This document shows positions 9,355-18,382 of a stretch of DNA of 64,000 nucleotides, piece after piece. The stretch is from NCBI GenBank assembly GCA_024640845.1, contig JAHEEE010000007.1, positions 141-64,140 on the forward strand, given 5' to 3'. Position 1 is the first letter of the stretch; each line of letters opens with the position of its first letter. The notes beneath the pieces were generated by a model. It was not told the DNA's origin, did no database searches, and saw only the letters and a list, made by a program, of their open reading frames with translations. This DNA is from Myxococcales bacterium. Its GTDB lineage: Bacteria; Myxococcota_A; Polyangia; Polyangiales; Houyiibacteriaceae. The translations under genes and the position numbers were made by a program.

Positions 9355-9957
9355 ATGCACCGATCCCTCGTGGTCACCGGGCTCGCGATCCTGCTAGGGC
9401 TCGGGCTTAGCGCCTGCAGCCAAGACGACGTGCGTCCCGCACCTGGCGCTGGCGGCACGCGTCCACCACCTCCCGGTACGGGCGGCACGGGAGGCTCGGC
9501 CGGGACGGGGGGGACCGGCGGGACCGGCGGGACCGCAGGGGGAGGAGGGACCGCGGGCACTGCCGGAAGCGCAGGAGCCGGCGGCGTGGGAGGCAGCCCG
9601 TTGCTAGGGGAGTGTAGCAACCCGGACGATTTCGCTCAGCTCGCGAGCCTGCAGCCGAGCAACCCGCGAACTTTGGCAGCGTCGATCGCCGTCACTCAGT
9701 GCTTCAATGATCCTCGGAAGGACTCTTTCATCGAGTGCGTCTCGGCGGGGATGCAAACCGCTCTGACGAGCCTCTCGGCGACGTGTGCGAACTGCTATGG
9801 CGAGTTGGCCTGGTGCAGTATTCCCTTCAACTGCAACGTGGCGTGTCAGAGCGACTCGTGTTTGCTCGGCTGTCTCAATTGCACCAACTACGACGCCTGC
9901 CTCGAGGCGCTCAACCTCTGCACGGGCCGCACCCCCCCGGAGTGCAGCGAATCCTGA
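9355..9957 (+). CDS. Cys-rich lipoprotein with Gly/Thr linker
   Basis: Lipobox LSAC; GGTGG repeats; 14 Cys in the C-terminal domain. Confidence 0.75.
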   Translation: MHRSLVVTGLAILLGLGLSACSQDDVRPAPGAGGTRPPPPGTGGTGGSAGTGGTGGTGGTAGGGGTAGTAGSAGAGGVGGSPLLGECSNPDDFAQLASLQPSNPRTLAASIAVTQCFNDPRKDSFIECVSAGMQTALTSLSATCANCYGELAWCSIPFNCNVACQSDSCLLGCLNCTNYDACLEALNLCTGRTPPECSES

Positions 9958-9973
9958 GGAGTAAGAGGACAAG

Positions 9974-10918
9974 CTACTTCTGCACCCCGAGAACGCCCGC
10001 ACCTATCCGATACATTTGGGTGGTAAAGAGACTGGTCACGTAGAGGGAGCACGGGTCGAAATCACCCTGCCCGAAGGCAATGCTTGCGGGGCCAACACCA
10101 CGCAAGTCGTCCGCGAGCGTCGTAGAGCTGCCGTCCGCATCGACCTTGGCGATTTGGCCGGCAGTATTGAGGGCCACATAGACGTTGCCCTCGCTGTCGA
10201 TCGCCACGCCGTCCGGTGCGGACGTCTCGTAGGCGACCCACTTCTCGGCAGCGCCAGCCGTCACTCCGGAAACCGGAATACGCCAAAGGCCCGCCTCTTG
10301 GAACGTCGCGGCCACGTAGAGCGTGCTGCCGTCGAGCGAAAACACCATCCCGTTCGGCGTCGGCACTTCGTCGGACCAGACGGTGACGTTGCCGTCCGCA
10401 TCGACCTCGAGGATCGAGCCCACGTCCGGTCGATCGTCCGAGACGAGAGTCGTGCCCCAGGGCGTGTTGACCACGAAGTTCGGCTCGCCGAGATCCATCG
10501 CGACCTCGACGTTGCTGCCGTCCGCAGGATCGATGAGCAAGAGGTTGCCGGTTCGAATACCCGCCGCCAGGATCCCTGCCGGCAAGCTTTCTAGGCCGAG
10601 CAGCGACTCGGCCTCTGCGACGCTTTCGTTCGAACCGTCCGAGGAGATCTCGAGGAGCTGGTCGGGACCGTCGTTGTCCTGTGCTGACACGTAGAGCGTG
10701 CCGTTGGCATCGAAAACGAGGCCCTCCGTCCTGGTCGGCGTCGGATCGCCGAAGGCCTGCACCTCTCCAACTGCGATGTCAGTCGCACAGGCACGCGCGT
10801 CGCCGCCAGCGCCCCCACTGCCGCCGGCTCCGGCGGTGCCGCCCGCTCCCGAATCGCTCGAGCTACAACCAGCCACCGCTGCCAAGACAGCGAGGAAAAG
10901 CATCGCACCTTTGTTCAT
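9974..10918 (-). CDS. SMP-30/gluconolactonase family lipoprotein
   Basis: Lipobox VAGC; TEGLVFD, PNGMVFSLDG, PDGVAIDSEGNVYVA. Confidence 0.88.
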   Translation of the reverse strand: MNKGAMLFLAVLAAVAGCSSSDSGAGGTAGAGGSGGAGGDARACATDIAVGEVQAFGDPTPTRTEGLVFDANGTLYVSAQDNDGPDQLLEISSDGSNESVAEAESLLGLESLPAGILAAGIRTGNLLLIDPADGSNVEVAMDLGEPNFVVNTPWGTTLVSDDRPDVGSILEVDADGNVTVWSDEVPTPNGMVFSLDGSTLYVAATFQEAGLWRIPVSGVTAGAAEKWVAYETSAPDGVAIDSEGNVYVALNTAGQIAKVDADGSSTTLADDLRGVGPASIAFGQGDFDPCSLYVTSLFTTQMYRIGAGVLGVQK

Positions 10919-10963
10919 CGGACCACCTCCACGCGCGGAGCCTAGCGATCTAGGTCCGTTCTG

Positions 10964-11587
10964 TCACGTGGCTAGAAGCATGCGCAACTGCGTCTTCCAA
11001 CGCTTGAGCAAGTGCGCGTAGTGAGCCTCGTTCTGGCGAAAAATGCGCTCCATGGCGAGGCCGCGCATGAAGTAGAGGGTCATCTCTAGTGAGCCTTTCG
11101 TCTCGCGTCCCTGTCGACCCGTCAGCTCCTTGAACGCCGCGTAGAGACGACCGCCGAGGCTTCGTTCAAACCCTTCGAGCTTCTCGAGAAGCTCGGGATC
11201 GGTCCGCGCAGCGACCATTAGCTCGATGACAGCCCAGTAGATGGGATCCGAAAACATCATCCACAACATGTCGACCATCGCATCGACGGGGTCGTCTCCC
11301 TCGTCGAGCCGCGCCTGGAGCGCCACCTCGAACTCCTTCGATCGCTCGTCGGCCAAATGCTCGATCGCGGCGACGAGGAGATCCGCCTTGCTCGGGAAGT
11401 GATGAAGCTGCGTACCGCGTGAAAGACCGGTCCGCTCTCCAACCTCGACCGTGGTGGTCCGCGAGTAGCCGATCTCGATCAGGCTATCGATCGTGGCATC
11501 GAGCAGCTTGCCCCGGGTGATCCGACGCCGCTCCGCTTGCGGCACACGTTCCCGCTTCACCGGGGCGCCGGTTCCCGTCTTCTTCAC
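10964..11587 (-). CDS. TetR/AcrR family transcriptional regulator
   Basis: HTH GYSRTTTVEVGERTGLSRGTQLHHFPSKADL; GTG start at 11587 chosen. Confidence 0.92.
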   Translation of the reverse strand: MKKTGTGAPVKRERVPQAERRRITRGKLLDATIDSLIEIGYSRTTTVEVGERTGLSRGTQLHHFPSKADLLVAAIEHLADERSKEFEVALQARLDEGDDPVDAMVDMLWMMFSDPIYWAVIELMVAARTDPELLEKLEGFERSLGGRLYAAFKELTGRQGRETKGSLEMTLYFMRGLAMERIFRQNEAHYAHLLKRWKTQLRMLLAT

Positions 11588-11597
11588 TCGCTGTCCA

Positions 11598-12776
11598 TCA
11601 GTCGCGGCGGTACATCGTGACGACCGCGGCGCCACCCAGGCCGAGGTTGTGCTGTAGTGCGATGCGGGCGCCGTCGACTTGGCGGCCCTCGGCTTGCCCC
11701 CGAAGTTGCCAGACGAGCTCGGCGCATTGTGCGAGGCCGGTCGCCCCGAGCGGGTGTCCCTTCGAGAGCAGACCGCCGCTCGGGTTGGTTACGAATTTTC
11801 CGCCGTACGTGTTGTCGCCTTCGTCAATGAACTTCTCTGCCTCGCCCTCGTTGCAGAGGCCGAGCGCTTCGTAGGTGAGCACCTCATTGGTCGTGAAGCA
11901 GTCATGCAGCTCGACGACATCAACGTCTTCAGGACCGATGCCGGCTTCTTCGTAGACTGCTTGTGCGGCGTTCTTGGCCATGTCGAAGCCCACCATCTTG
12001 ATCATCGAATCGCCGAAGCTCGACTCGTAGTCGGTGCGCATCGTCTGGCCCGCTATATAGACCGGATTGCCGATGCCCTTCTTCTTGGCGAAGTCGTCCG
12101 AGCACACGATGGCCGCCGCCGCACCGCAGGTAGGAGGGCAGCACTGGTAGCGGGTGAGCGGATCGAAGACCTCGGGTGAGGCCAGGATCTCGTCGACCGT
12201 GAGAGGGTCGCGGAAAAGCGCATAAGGGTTCTTGGCCGCATGCCTGCGCGCCTTGGCGTTCACCTTGGCAAAGGTCTCGCGCTTGGTGCCGTACTTCCAT
12301 CGGTACTCGCGACCGGCGCCGCCAAACATCTGCGCTGCGGGAGGCGCGGAGGTAAAGCCCTGGCTCTCATTCATGACGTTGACGTGAAGGTTCAACGGAT
12401 TGGGCCGATCGTCCCACGCCGAGGCAAGCGCACCTTTCTTCATCTGCTCGAAACCTACGGCGAGCGCACACTCGACGATGCCGCCTTCGACCATTTGCTT
12501 TGCAAGCATGAGCGCGCTCGACCCGGTAGAGCAGTTGTTGTTTACGTTGTAGACCGGAATCCCAGTGAGTCCGACGTCGTAGACGGCGCGCTGCCCGCAC
12601 GTGCTATCGCCGAAGACGTAGCCCGCGACAGCCTGTTCGACCTCCGCATACTCGACCCCGCCGTCCGCGAGGGCAGTCTTGATCGCCTTGGCGGCCATCA
12701 CGTTGTAGTCCTCGCTTTGGCCTGGCTTGGCGAAGGGCACCATGCCGACTCCGATTACATTTACCTTGCGTCCCAT
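11598..12776 (-). CDS. SCPx-type (lipid-transfer protein) thiolase
   Basis: NVNNNCSTG (catalytic Cys), ELHDCF, SKGHPLGATG. Confidence 0.93.
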   Translation of the reverse strand: MGRKVNVIGVGMVPFAKPGQSEDYNVMAAKAIKTALADGGVEYAEVEQAVAGYVFGDSTCGQRAVYDVGLTGIPVYNVNNNCSTGSSALMLAKQMVEGGIVECALAVGFEQMKKGALASAWDDRPNPLNLHVNVMNESQGFTSAPPAAQMFGGAGREYRWKYGTKRETFAKVNAKARRHAAKNPYALFRDPLTVDEILASPEVFDPLTRYQCCPPTCGAAAAIVCSDDFAKKKGIGNPVYIAGQTMRTDYESSFGDSMIKMVGFDMAKNAAQAVYEEAGIGPEDVDVVELHDCFTTNEVLTYEALGLCNEGEAEKFIDEGDNTYGGKFVTNPSGGLLSKGHPLGATGLAQCAELVWQLRGQAEGRQVDGARIALQHNLGLGGAAVVTMYRRD

Positions 12777-12806
12777 CGTTGCTCCTTGTCGAGTCCGTGC
12801 GCGCGC

Positions 12807-15407
12807 CTAGATCAGGCCCTTGAGAAAGTTGAGTCGACGTGCGGGCTCGACTTCGCCGTCTATGCGGAGCTTGCCCTTCTGGAAAAGCGTTTGTGCTGTG
12901 GCCTCGCCGCTTCCGAGTGCAGCGAGATCGGCGTCGGCGATCGTGATGGTCGTCGTTGCGCCATCGGTCTCTCCGCTCTTCAGCGCGGGCGGTCGGTGCT
13001 CGAGGTCGACGACCCACTTGGAGTCGGGGTCCCGTACGTAGAACTGCAGGACCGCGCCCACCTCATCAGCGAGGCGCGGCTGCTCCTCTAGGCGCTTGGC
13101 GAGCGCCTCGAACAGCGTCGGCGCGAGCGGCTCATAGGCTGCCGGAGCGCTAGGTGGAGGAGGTGCCAAGGCACCACCACGCACCCTCGCTTCGGCCTTC
13201 TCGAGCACGAGCTCGAACGGCATCTCAGCGAGCAGCTCTAGCTTGTTCACGGCCATCATGTCGCCTGCCACCTTGACCTTGCCAGTGGTAAAGAGCTTCA
13301 TCGCGTCTGCCTCCCCCTTTTGAAGTGCGATGTAGTTCGCCTCGGAGAGCTTGAGCGTGACATCGGGCTTGGCGATTTCACCGGGCCCGGCGGAGCCTCC
13401 CTTGAGGTCGATCGTCCAGACGCTGTCGGGGTCGCTGAGCTGGAGCTGGAATACCGTTTGACCCTTTTCGGCGATTCCTGGGTTGTCTTTCAAGTGCTGA
13501 TCGATCGCCGCGATGATGTCGGCTGCCATCGCTTCGACAGTTGCCTCCTCGGCTGCCTCGGTTGCCAGTGCCTCGGACTTCTTCTCCTTGGGTTTTGGGA
13601 GCTTCTCGAAGAGCTCGATGGCCGCATTCGAGATGACCACCGCGTCCCGCTCCTTGACCTTGCACTGAAACACGATCCGCTGGTCGGACTCTTTCCACAT
13701 CTCGGTGACGAGGGTGTCGCCGGGGTAGACGTTGTCGGCGAAGCGCACCCTGATGCTCTTGAAGAAATCGGGATTGCCTTCGGGGGCGTACTTCTCGAGC
13801 ACGCGGCGGCCGGCGTAGCCGAACGTGCAGAGGCCATGCAGAATCGGGCGCTCGAACCCAAACGCCCGCGCCATGTCGGGGTCGGCGTGAAGCGGGTTCC
13901 AGTCTCCGCTCAACCGATAGAGCAGTGCCTGGTTCGCAGGGATCGCGTCCTCGACGACCACGTCAGGCGCACGGTCTGGCGGCAGGTTGACCTCTGCGCT
14001 CGGGCCGCGCTCGCCGCCCCAGCCGCCAGCGCCGCGAACGAACATCGTCATCTCGCTCTTGATCAGGAGGTCGCCATCCTCGTCGTACGAGTCGCCGCCG
14101 ATCACGACGAGCGCGCCCTTTCCTTTGTCCCAGATCTCTTTGACCACGCTCTTGGTGGTCAACGTCGCCTTGAGCGGCAGCGGGCGGACGACCTCGACGT
14201 ACTGCTCGCCGTGCAACACGCGGTCGAGCCCGTAGTTGAGCCCGGGAGCCGTGACTCCCTCTTTGGCGAGCCCCAGAAAGGCGTTGACGCCGGGCATGAC
14301 AGCGTAGGTCGCAAGTGCCTTCATCCCGCCACTCGCGCCTTCGTAGACCAGTTGAAGATCTCCTGTTTCGTTCGGGTCGCTAGCGGCGCCCACTCCGAGG
14401 GCGTAGAGCGCCAGGTCGCTCTCGTCGTAGCTCGACACGACGTCCGGGTACTTGGCGCCGAGCGCGGCATCGACATCGATGAGCTCGTTGCCCCCCTTAC
14501 TCGGACCCGCCTCGACGTTCCGAATGACCGGGCCGAGCGACTCCATGAGCGTGCTGATGTGCTCGGTCTCGCTGAAGTCGTTGATCTGAGACCAGCTCTC
14601 CCGCAGCGATTCCGGCGTCACCTCACGACCGAGGCGAAAGACTTTGCCCTTGGTGCGCTCCCAGCGAAGGCTCGAGTAGAGGCCTCCACCGACTTCGTAG
14701 AGCCCGCCGGTCGCGTCGCTCTCTTCGCTGCAGAGATACGCAACGAGCGGGGATACATAGTCGGGCTTCAGCGCATCGAATACCGCTGGCGGAAGTAGCC
14801 CCTCGGTGAGTCGCGAAGCGGCGACTGGCGCGATAGTGTTCACGAGGATGTTCTTGCGCTGACCCTCGAGCGAGAGCGTGTTGGCGAATCCGACCAAGCT
14901 GAGCTTTGCGGAGCTGTAGTTGGTCTGGCCGAAATTGCCGTAAATTCCTGCGGCCGATGTCGTGAAGATGATTCGGCCATAGCCCTGCTCGTTCATGATC
15001 GGCCAGGCGGCTTTCGTCACTTTGTATGCGCCGTAGCTGTGTACACGAAAGATGATGTTCCAATCCGCATCGCTCATGTTCTTGAACGACTTGTCGCGGA
15101 GGATGCCTGCGTTGTTGACCACGATATCGACGCGTTCCCAGGCATCCATCGCCGTCTTCACGATGGCGTCTCCGTCCTCGACGGAGTCGTAGTTGGCGAC
15201 CGCCTCGCCACCGGCCTGCTTGATCTCCTCGACGACTCTATCGGCGCTCTCCGAGGACTTCCCGTCGCCGGCCTTCGAGCCACCGAGATCGTTGACGACC
15301 ACCTTGGCGCCGCGCGCTGCCAGAAGGAGCGCATGCGAGCGGCCAAGCCCCTGCCCTGCCCCCGTGACAATCGCCACACGCCCATCAAACCGCAGGTCTT
15401 TGCCCAT
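12807..15407 (-). CDS. Peroxisomal multifunctional enzyme type 2-like fusion: SDR + enoyl-CoA hydratase 2 (MaoC) + two SCP2 domains
   Basis: TGAGQGLG, NNAGILRD, YSSAK; YRLSGDWNPLHADP, LHGLCTFG; two SCP2-like segments (WTIDLK...PDVTL...LFTTGKVKVAGD; WVVDLE...LFQKGKLRIDGE); start at MGKDLRF with RBS GAGGG. Confidence 0.92.
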   Translation of the reverse strand: MGKDLRFDGRVAIVTGAGQGLGRSHALLLAARGAKVVVNDLGGSKAGDGKSSESADRVVEEIKQAGGEAVANYDSVEDGDAIVKTAMDAWERVDIVVNNAGILRDKSFKNMSDADWNIIFRVHSYGAYKVTKAAWPIMNEQGYGRIIFTTSAAGIYGNFGQTNYSSAKLSLVGFANTLSLEGQRKNILVNTIAPVAASRLTEGLLPPAVFDALKPDYVSPLVAYLCSEESDATGGLYEVGGGLYSSLRWERTKGKVFRLGREVTPESLRESWSQINDFSETEHISTLMESLGPVIRNVEAGPSKGGNELIDVDAALGAKYPDVVSSYDESDLALYALGVGAASDPNETGDLQLVYEGASGGMKALATYAVMPGVNAFLGLAKEGVTAPGLNYGLDRVLHGEQYVEVVRPLPLKATLTTKSVVKEIWDKGKGALVVIGGDSYDEDGDLLIKSEMTMFVRGAGGWGGERGPSAEVNLPPDRAPDVVVEDAIPANQALLYRLSGDWNPLHADPDMARAFGFERPILHGLCTFGYAGRRVLEKYAPEGNPDFFKSIRVRFADNVYPGDTLVTEMWKESDQRIVFQCKVKERDAVVISNAAIELFEKLPKPKEKKSEALATEAAEEATVEAMAADIIAAIDQHLKDNPGIAEKGQTVFQLQLSDPDSVWTIDLKGGSAGPGEIAKPDVTLKLSEANYIALQKGEADAMKLFTTGKVKVAGDMMAVNKLELLAEMPFELVLEKAEARVRGGALAPPPPSAPAAYEPLAPTLFEALAKRLEEQPRLADEVGAVLQFYVRDPDSKWVVDLEHRPPALKSGETDGATTTITIADADLAALGSGEATAQTLFQKGKLRIDGEVEPARRLNFLKGLI

Positions 15408-15422
15408 GATCCCTCGCTTCAG

Positions 15423-15444
15423 AAACAATCAGGTTTGACGGTTT
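15423..15444. promoter_or_regulatory. Imperfect palindrome, candidate TetR operator
   Basis: AAACaaTCAggttTGAcgGTTT (14 of 22 positions symmetric), 16-37 bp upstream of the MFE-2-like start. Confidence 0.4.
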
Positions 15445-15496
15445 ATAGGAACCTGCGGAGATGTCAATGCAGATCGTGGCTGCTGCGTCGTCGGCG

Positions 15497-15970
15497 CTAT
15501 TTCTTCCAGCGGCTCTCGGTGAGGGTCATGCCCTCGATCGACTTGCGGGGAAGCATCTGCTCGTAGGTGCGGATGTAGCCGGTCTTGGCGATGCGCCAAA
15601 CGCCATCGTCGCCCTTCCGGTACTCGTCTTCATAGAAGGCGGCGCCGTGGATCATCATGTCGAAGCCTGTCTCGATCACGCTGTCCTGCAGGCACCAGCG
15701 CCCGGTGGCCGTGCGCTCATCGACGAGATCGATTTCGGGTTGGCTGACCGCGTGGCAGGAATGAAAGGTGTCGGCGCCCATCGCCCCTTCGAGGAACTGC
15801 ATGATCGCGTCCCGATTGTCGAAGGAGAACTTCCCGCCGCTGTAGGCCGCCCTGGCGTCCTCCGTGAAGCACTCGCGAAGCTCGTCCCACTGCTTGGTGT
15901 CGAGGCACCGCTGGTACTTGTACTTGAGGCGCTTGATCGCCTCGAGATCCTGCCATTGGATGTCGGCCAT
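15497..15970 (-). CDS. NTF2/SnoaL-like protein (BaiE/LinA-type fold)
   Basis: AIKRLKYKYQRCLDTKQWDEL, HSCH...PEID, ATGRW, YEDEY...WRI. Confidence 0.85.
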   Translation of the reverse strand: MADIQWQDLEAIKRLKYKYQRCLDTKQWDELRECFTEDARAAYSGGKFSFDNRDAIMQFLEGAMGADTFHSCHAVSQPEIDLVDERTATGRWCLQDSVIETGFDMMIHGAAFYEDEYRKGDDGVWRIAKTGYIRTYEQMLPRKSIEGMTLTESRWKK

Positions 15971-15979
15971 GGGCCGAAT

Positions 15980-17089
15980 CTACTCGGAAAAGCGCGCCAC
16001 GTGGTGCTCCGCGTCGCCGAAGAGCGCGTTTAGCGCGTACATGCGCTTGAAATACAGCCCTATATCGTGCTCGTCGGTAACGCCGATGCCGCCGTGGAGC
16101 TGCAGCGACTGCTGCGCCACCCAGATGCCGCCGGTCGCGAGCTGGTACTTGGCGGCAGAGATGTCGGCGCGCCGGGTGCTGGTATCGTCTTCGTCGGCAC
16201 GTACCATGGATGCCATCGAGATCGAGCGCAGAAGCTCCGTCTCCGCGTACATGTCCACTGCGCGGTGCTGAAGGGCTTGAAAGGACCCGATCTTGACCCC
16301 GAACTGCTCACGTGTGCCGAGGTAGTCCACCGTCATGTGGAGCATCTTGGATGCAAGCCCGACGCTTTCGGCGACCGCCGCCGCCGCGGCATAGTCCATG
16401 ACCCGGTCGAGGACCCGGGCCCCGGCGCCCTCTTCACCGAGCCTCGCGCCTCGTTCAACCGCAACTTCGTCGAGCTCGATGAACGCGGCTTTGTGCCCGT
16501 CGATGGTCTTCGCGACCGTCACCGAAACCCCCTCCGCATCACGGGGCACGACGAACAGCGTCACTCCAGCCGGCGCTCTCGCCGACACGATGAGATGATC
16601 GGCGTTGTGGCCGTTCAGCACCCACACCTTCTGCCCCGAGATCTCGTAGCCACCGCCCTTCGTCGTGGCGGTGGTTTCGATCGCGCTCACGTCGAAGCGG
16701 CTTCGTGCCTCGGCGTAGGCGAGCGCGAGGGTGGTGTCGCCCTCGATCATCGGGGTGAGGTACGCCGCGTGCTGTTCCGCGGTTCCGGCGCGCAACAAGG
16801 CCATGCCGCCGAGCACGACCGACGCGAGGTAAGGCTCGGGCACCAGATTCGTCGCAAGGTTTTCGAGAACGATGGCGCACTCGACGAAGCTGCCGCCGAA
16901 ACCGCCGACCGGCTCGGGAAATGCCACACCAAGCCACCCGAGCTCACCCATCTTCTGCCAGACGGCCGGGTCGTACCCGATGTCGTCATCTCGAAGCTGT
17001 CGAAAGCGCTCAACGGGCGACTCGTTTTTCGCGAAGTCGGCCACCGTCTTCGCAAGCATTTGCTGATCTTGATCGAGCTCAAAGTCCAT
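15980..17089 (-). CDS. Acyl-CoA dehydrogenase, small/beta-type subunit (PimD/FadE27-like)
   Basis: ACAD fold; REQFGVKIGSFQALQHR, QLHGGIG, C-terminal LFGDAEHH. Confidence 0.88.
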   Translation of the reverse strand: MDFELDQDQQMLAKTVADFAKNESPVERFRQLRDDDIGYDPAVWQKMGELGWLGVAFPEPVGGFGGSFVECAIVLENLATNLVPEPYLASVVLGGMALLRAGTAEQHAAYLTPMIEGDTTLALAYAEARSRFDVSAIETTATTKGGGYEISGQKVWVLNGHNADHLIVSARAPAGVTLFVVPRDAEGVSVTVAKTIDGHKAAFIELDEVAVERGARLGEEGAGARVLDRVMDYAAAAAVAESVGLASKMLHMTVDYLGTREQFGVKIGSFQALQHRAVDMYAETELLRSISMASMVRADEDDTSTRRADISAAKYQLATGGIWVAQQSLQLHGGIGVTDEHDIGLYFKRMYALNALFGDAEHHVARFSE

Positions 17090-17114
17090 GGTGAGTCATT
17101 CCTCGGCGCGCCGC

Positions 17115-18293
17115 TCAGCTGCTCGGCAGTTGCAGGATCATCTTCGCGATGACGTTGCGTTGAATTTCGTTGGAGCCGCCGTAGATCGTTGCGGCTCGCT
17201 CGTAGCAGAAGTAGGGCCCAATCGATTCTTCGACCGGCGTGCACACGCCTTCGTTGTACCAGGTGAGCGAGCTCTCCCCCATGATCTCCATCGCGAGCTC
17301 GGTCATCTCTTGAACGAGCTTCGTGCCGACGAGCTTCAGGATCGAGGACTCGGGACCTGGCATCTTGCCCTTTTGCTGGTCGGCAAGCGCACGGTAGCTG
17401 ACCATGAGGTGCGCGCGGAAGCGCATCTCGAGGCGAGCGATCTTTGCCCTCCAAATGGGGTGCTCCAGCATCGGGCGCCCGTCGACCGTCTTGGTCGCTG
17501 CGATGCGCTTGATCTTCTGAAGCACATTGCGACAGGGGCCGACCATGGCAAGAAGCGTTCGCTCGTGGCCAAGCAGCGCTTTCGCCATCGTCCAACCTTG
17601 ATTGACTTCGCCGATGACGTTCTCTTTTGGCACTTTCACGTTGTCGAAGAACGTGTCGCAGAACGCCGGCGTGTGCCCGAGCGTCAGCATCGGCTTCACC
17701 TCGACGCCAGGGGTCTTGAGATCGATGAGCAAAAACGTGATGCCGGCTTGCTTCTTCGCGTTCGGATCCGTCCGCACGAGGCAGAAGATCCAATCTGCGT
17801 ACTGCGCGTAGGTCGTCCACGTCTTCTGCCCGTTCACGATGAAGTGGTCACCGGCGTCCTCGGCCGTCGTGCGAAGCGACGCCAAGTCGCTCCCGGAGCC
17901 AGGCTCGGAGTAACCCTGGCACCAGAACTCTTCCGCGCTCAGGATCTTCGGGAGGAATCGCTTCTTCTGTGCGTCCGTTCCAAAGCTGATGATCAGCGGG
18001 CCCACCATCGAAAGCCCAAACACGGAGAGCTGTGGGGCGCCCGCGGACTCCATCTCTTCGTTGAAGATGAAGCGCCGAGCTGCATCCCAGCCGGTCCCGC
18101 CTACTTCCTTCGGCCAGTGGGGGGCGACCCAACCTTTTTCGTAGAGGATCCGATGCCAAGTTGCCGAATCCTCGGGCGTGAAGCGGCCAGAGCCCGCAGC
18201 ACGCTCGCGCATGTCAGCTGGCATGGCGTCCTGAATCCATGCGCGCACCTCGAGCCGAAACGCCTCTTCTTCTTCCGTGAAGGTGAGATTCAT
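17115..18293 (-). CDS. Acyl-CoA dehydrogenase, large/alpha-type subunit (PimC/FadE26-like)
   Basis: WCQGYSEPGSGSDLASL, NGQKTWTT, LLGHER, TIYGGSNEIQRN; start trimmed to MNLTF. Confidence 0.9.
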   Translation of the reverse strand: MNLTFTEEEEAFRLEVRAWIQDAMPADMRERAAGSGRFTPEDSATWHRILYEKGWVAPHWPKEVGGTGWDAARRFIFNEEMESAGAPQLSVFGLSMVGPLIISFGTDAQKKRFLPKILSAEEFWCQGYSEPGSGSDLASLRTTAEDAGDHFIVNGQKTWTTYAQYADWIFCLVRTDPNAKKQAGITFLLIDLKTPGVEVKPMLTLGHTPAFCDTFFDNVKVPKENVIGEVNQGWTMAKALLGHERTLLAMVGPCRNVLQKIKRIAATKTVDGRPMLEHPIWRAKIARLEMRFRAHLMVSYRALADQQKGKMPGPESSILKLVGTKLVQEMTELAMEIMGESSLTWYNEGVCTPVEESIGPYFCYERAATIYGGSNEIQRNVIAKMILQLPSS

Positions 18294-18382
18294 GCCGATA
18301 TCCCTGACACAATCCGAGGCCGAATACCAACCTGTACGAACGCAGGGAAACCCTGTAGGAAGCTCGGCAGCGGAAGCCCATC

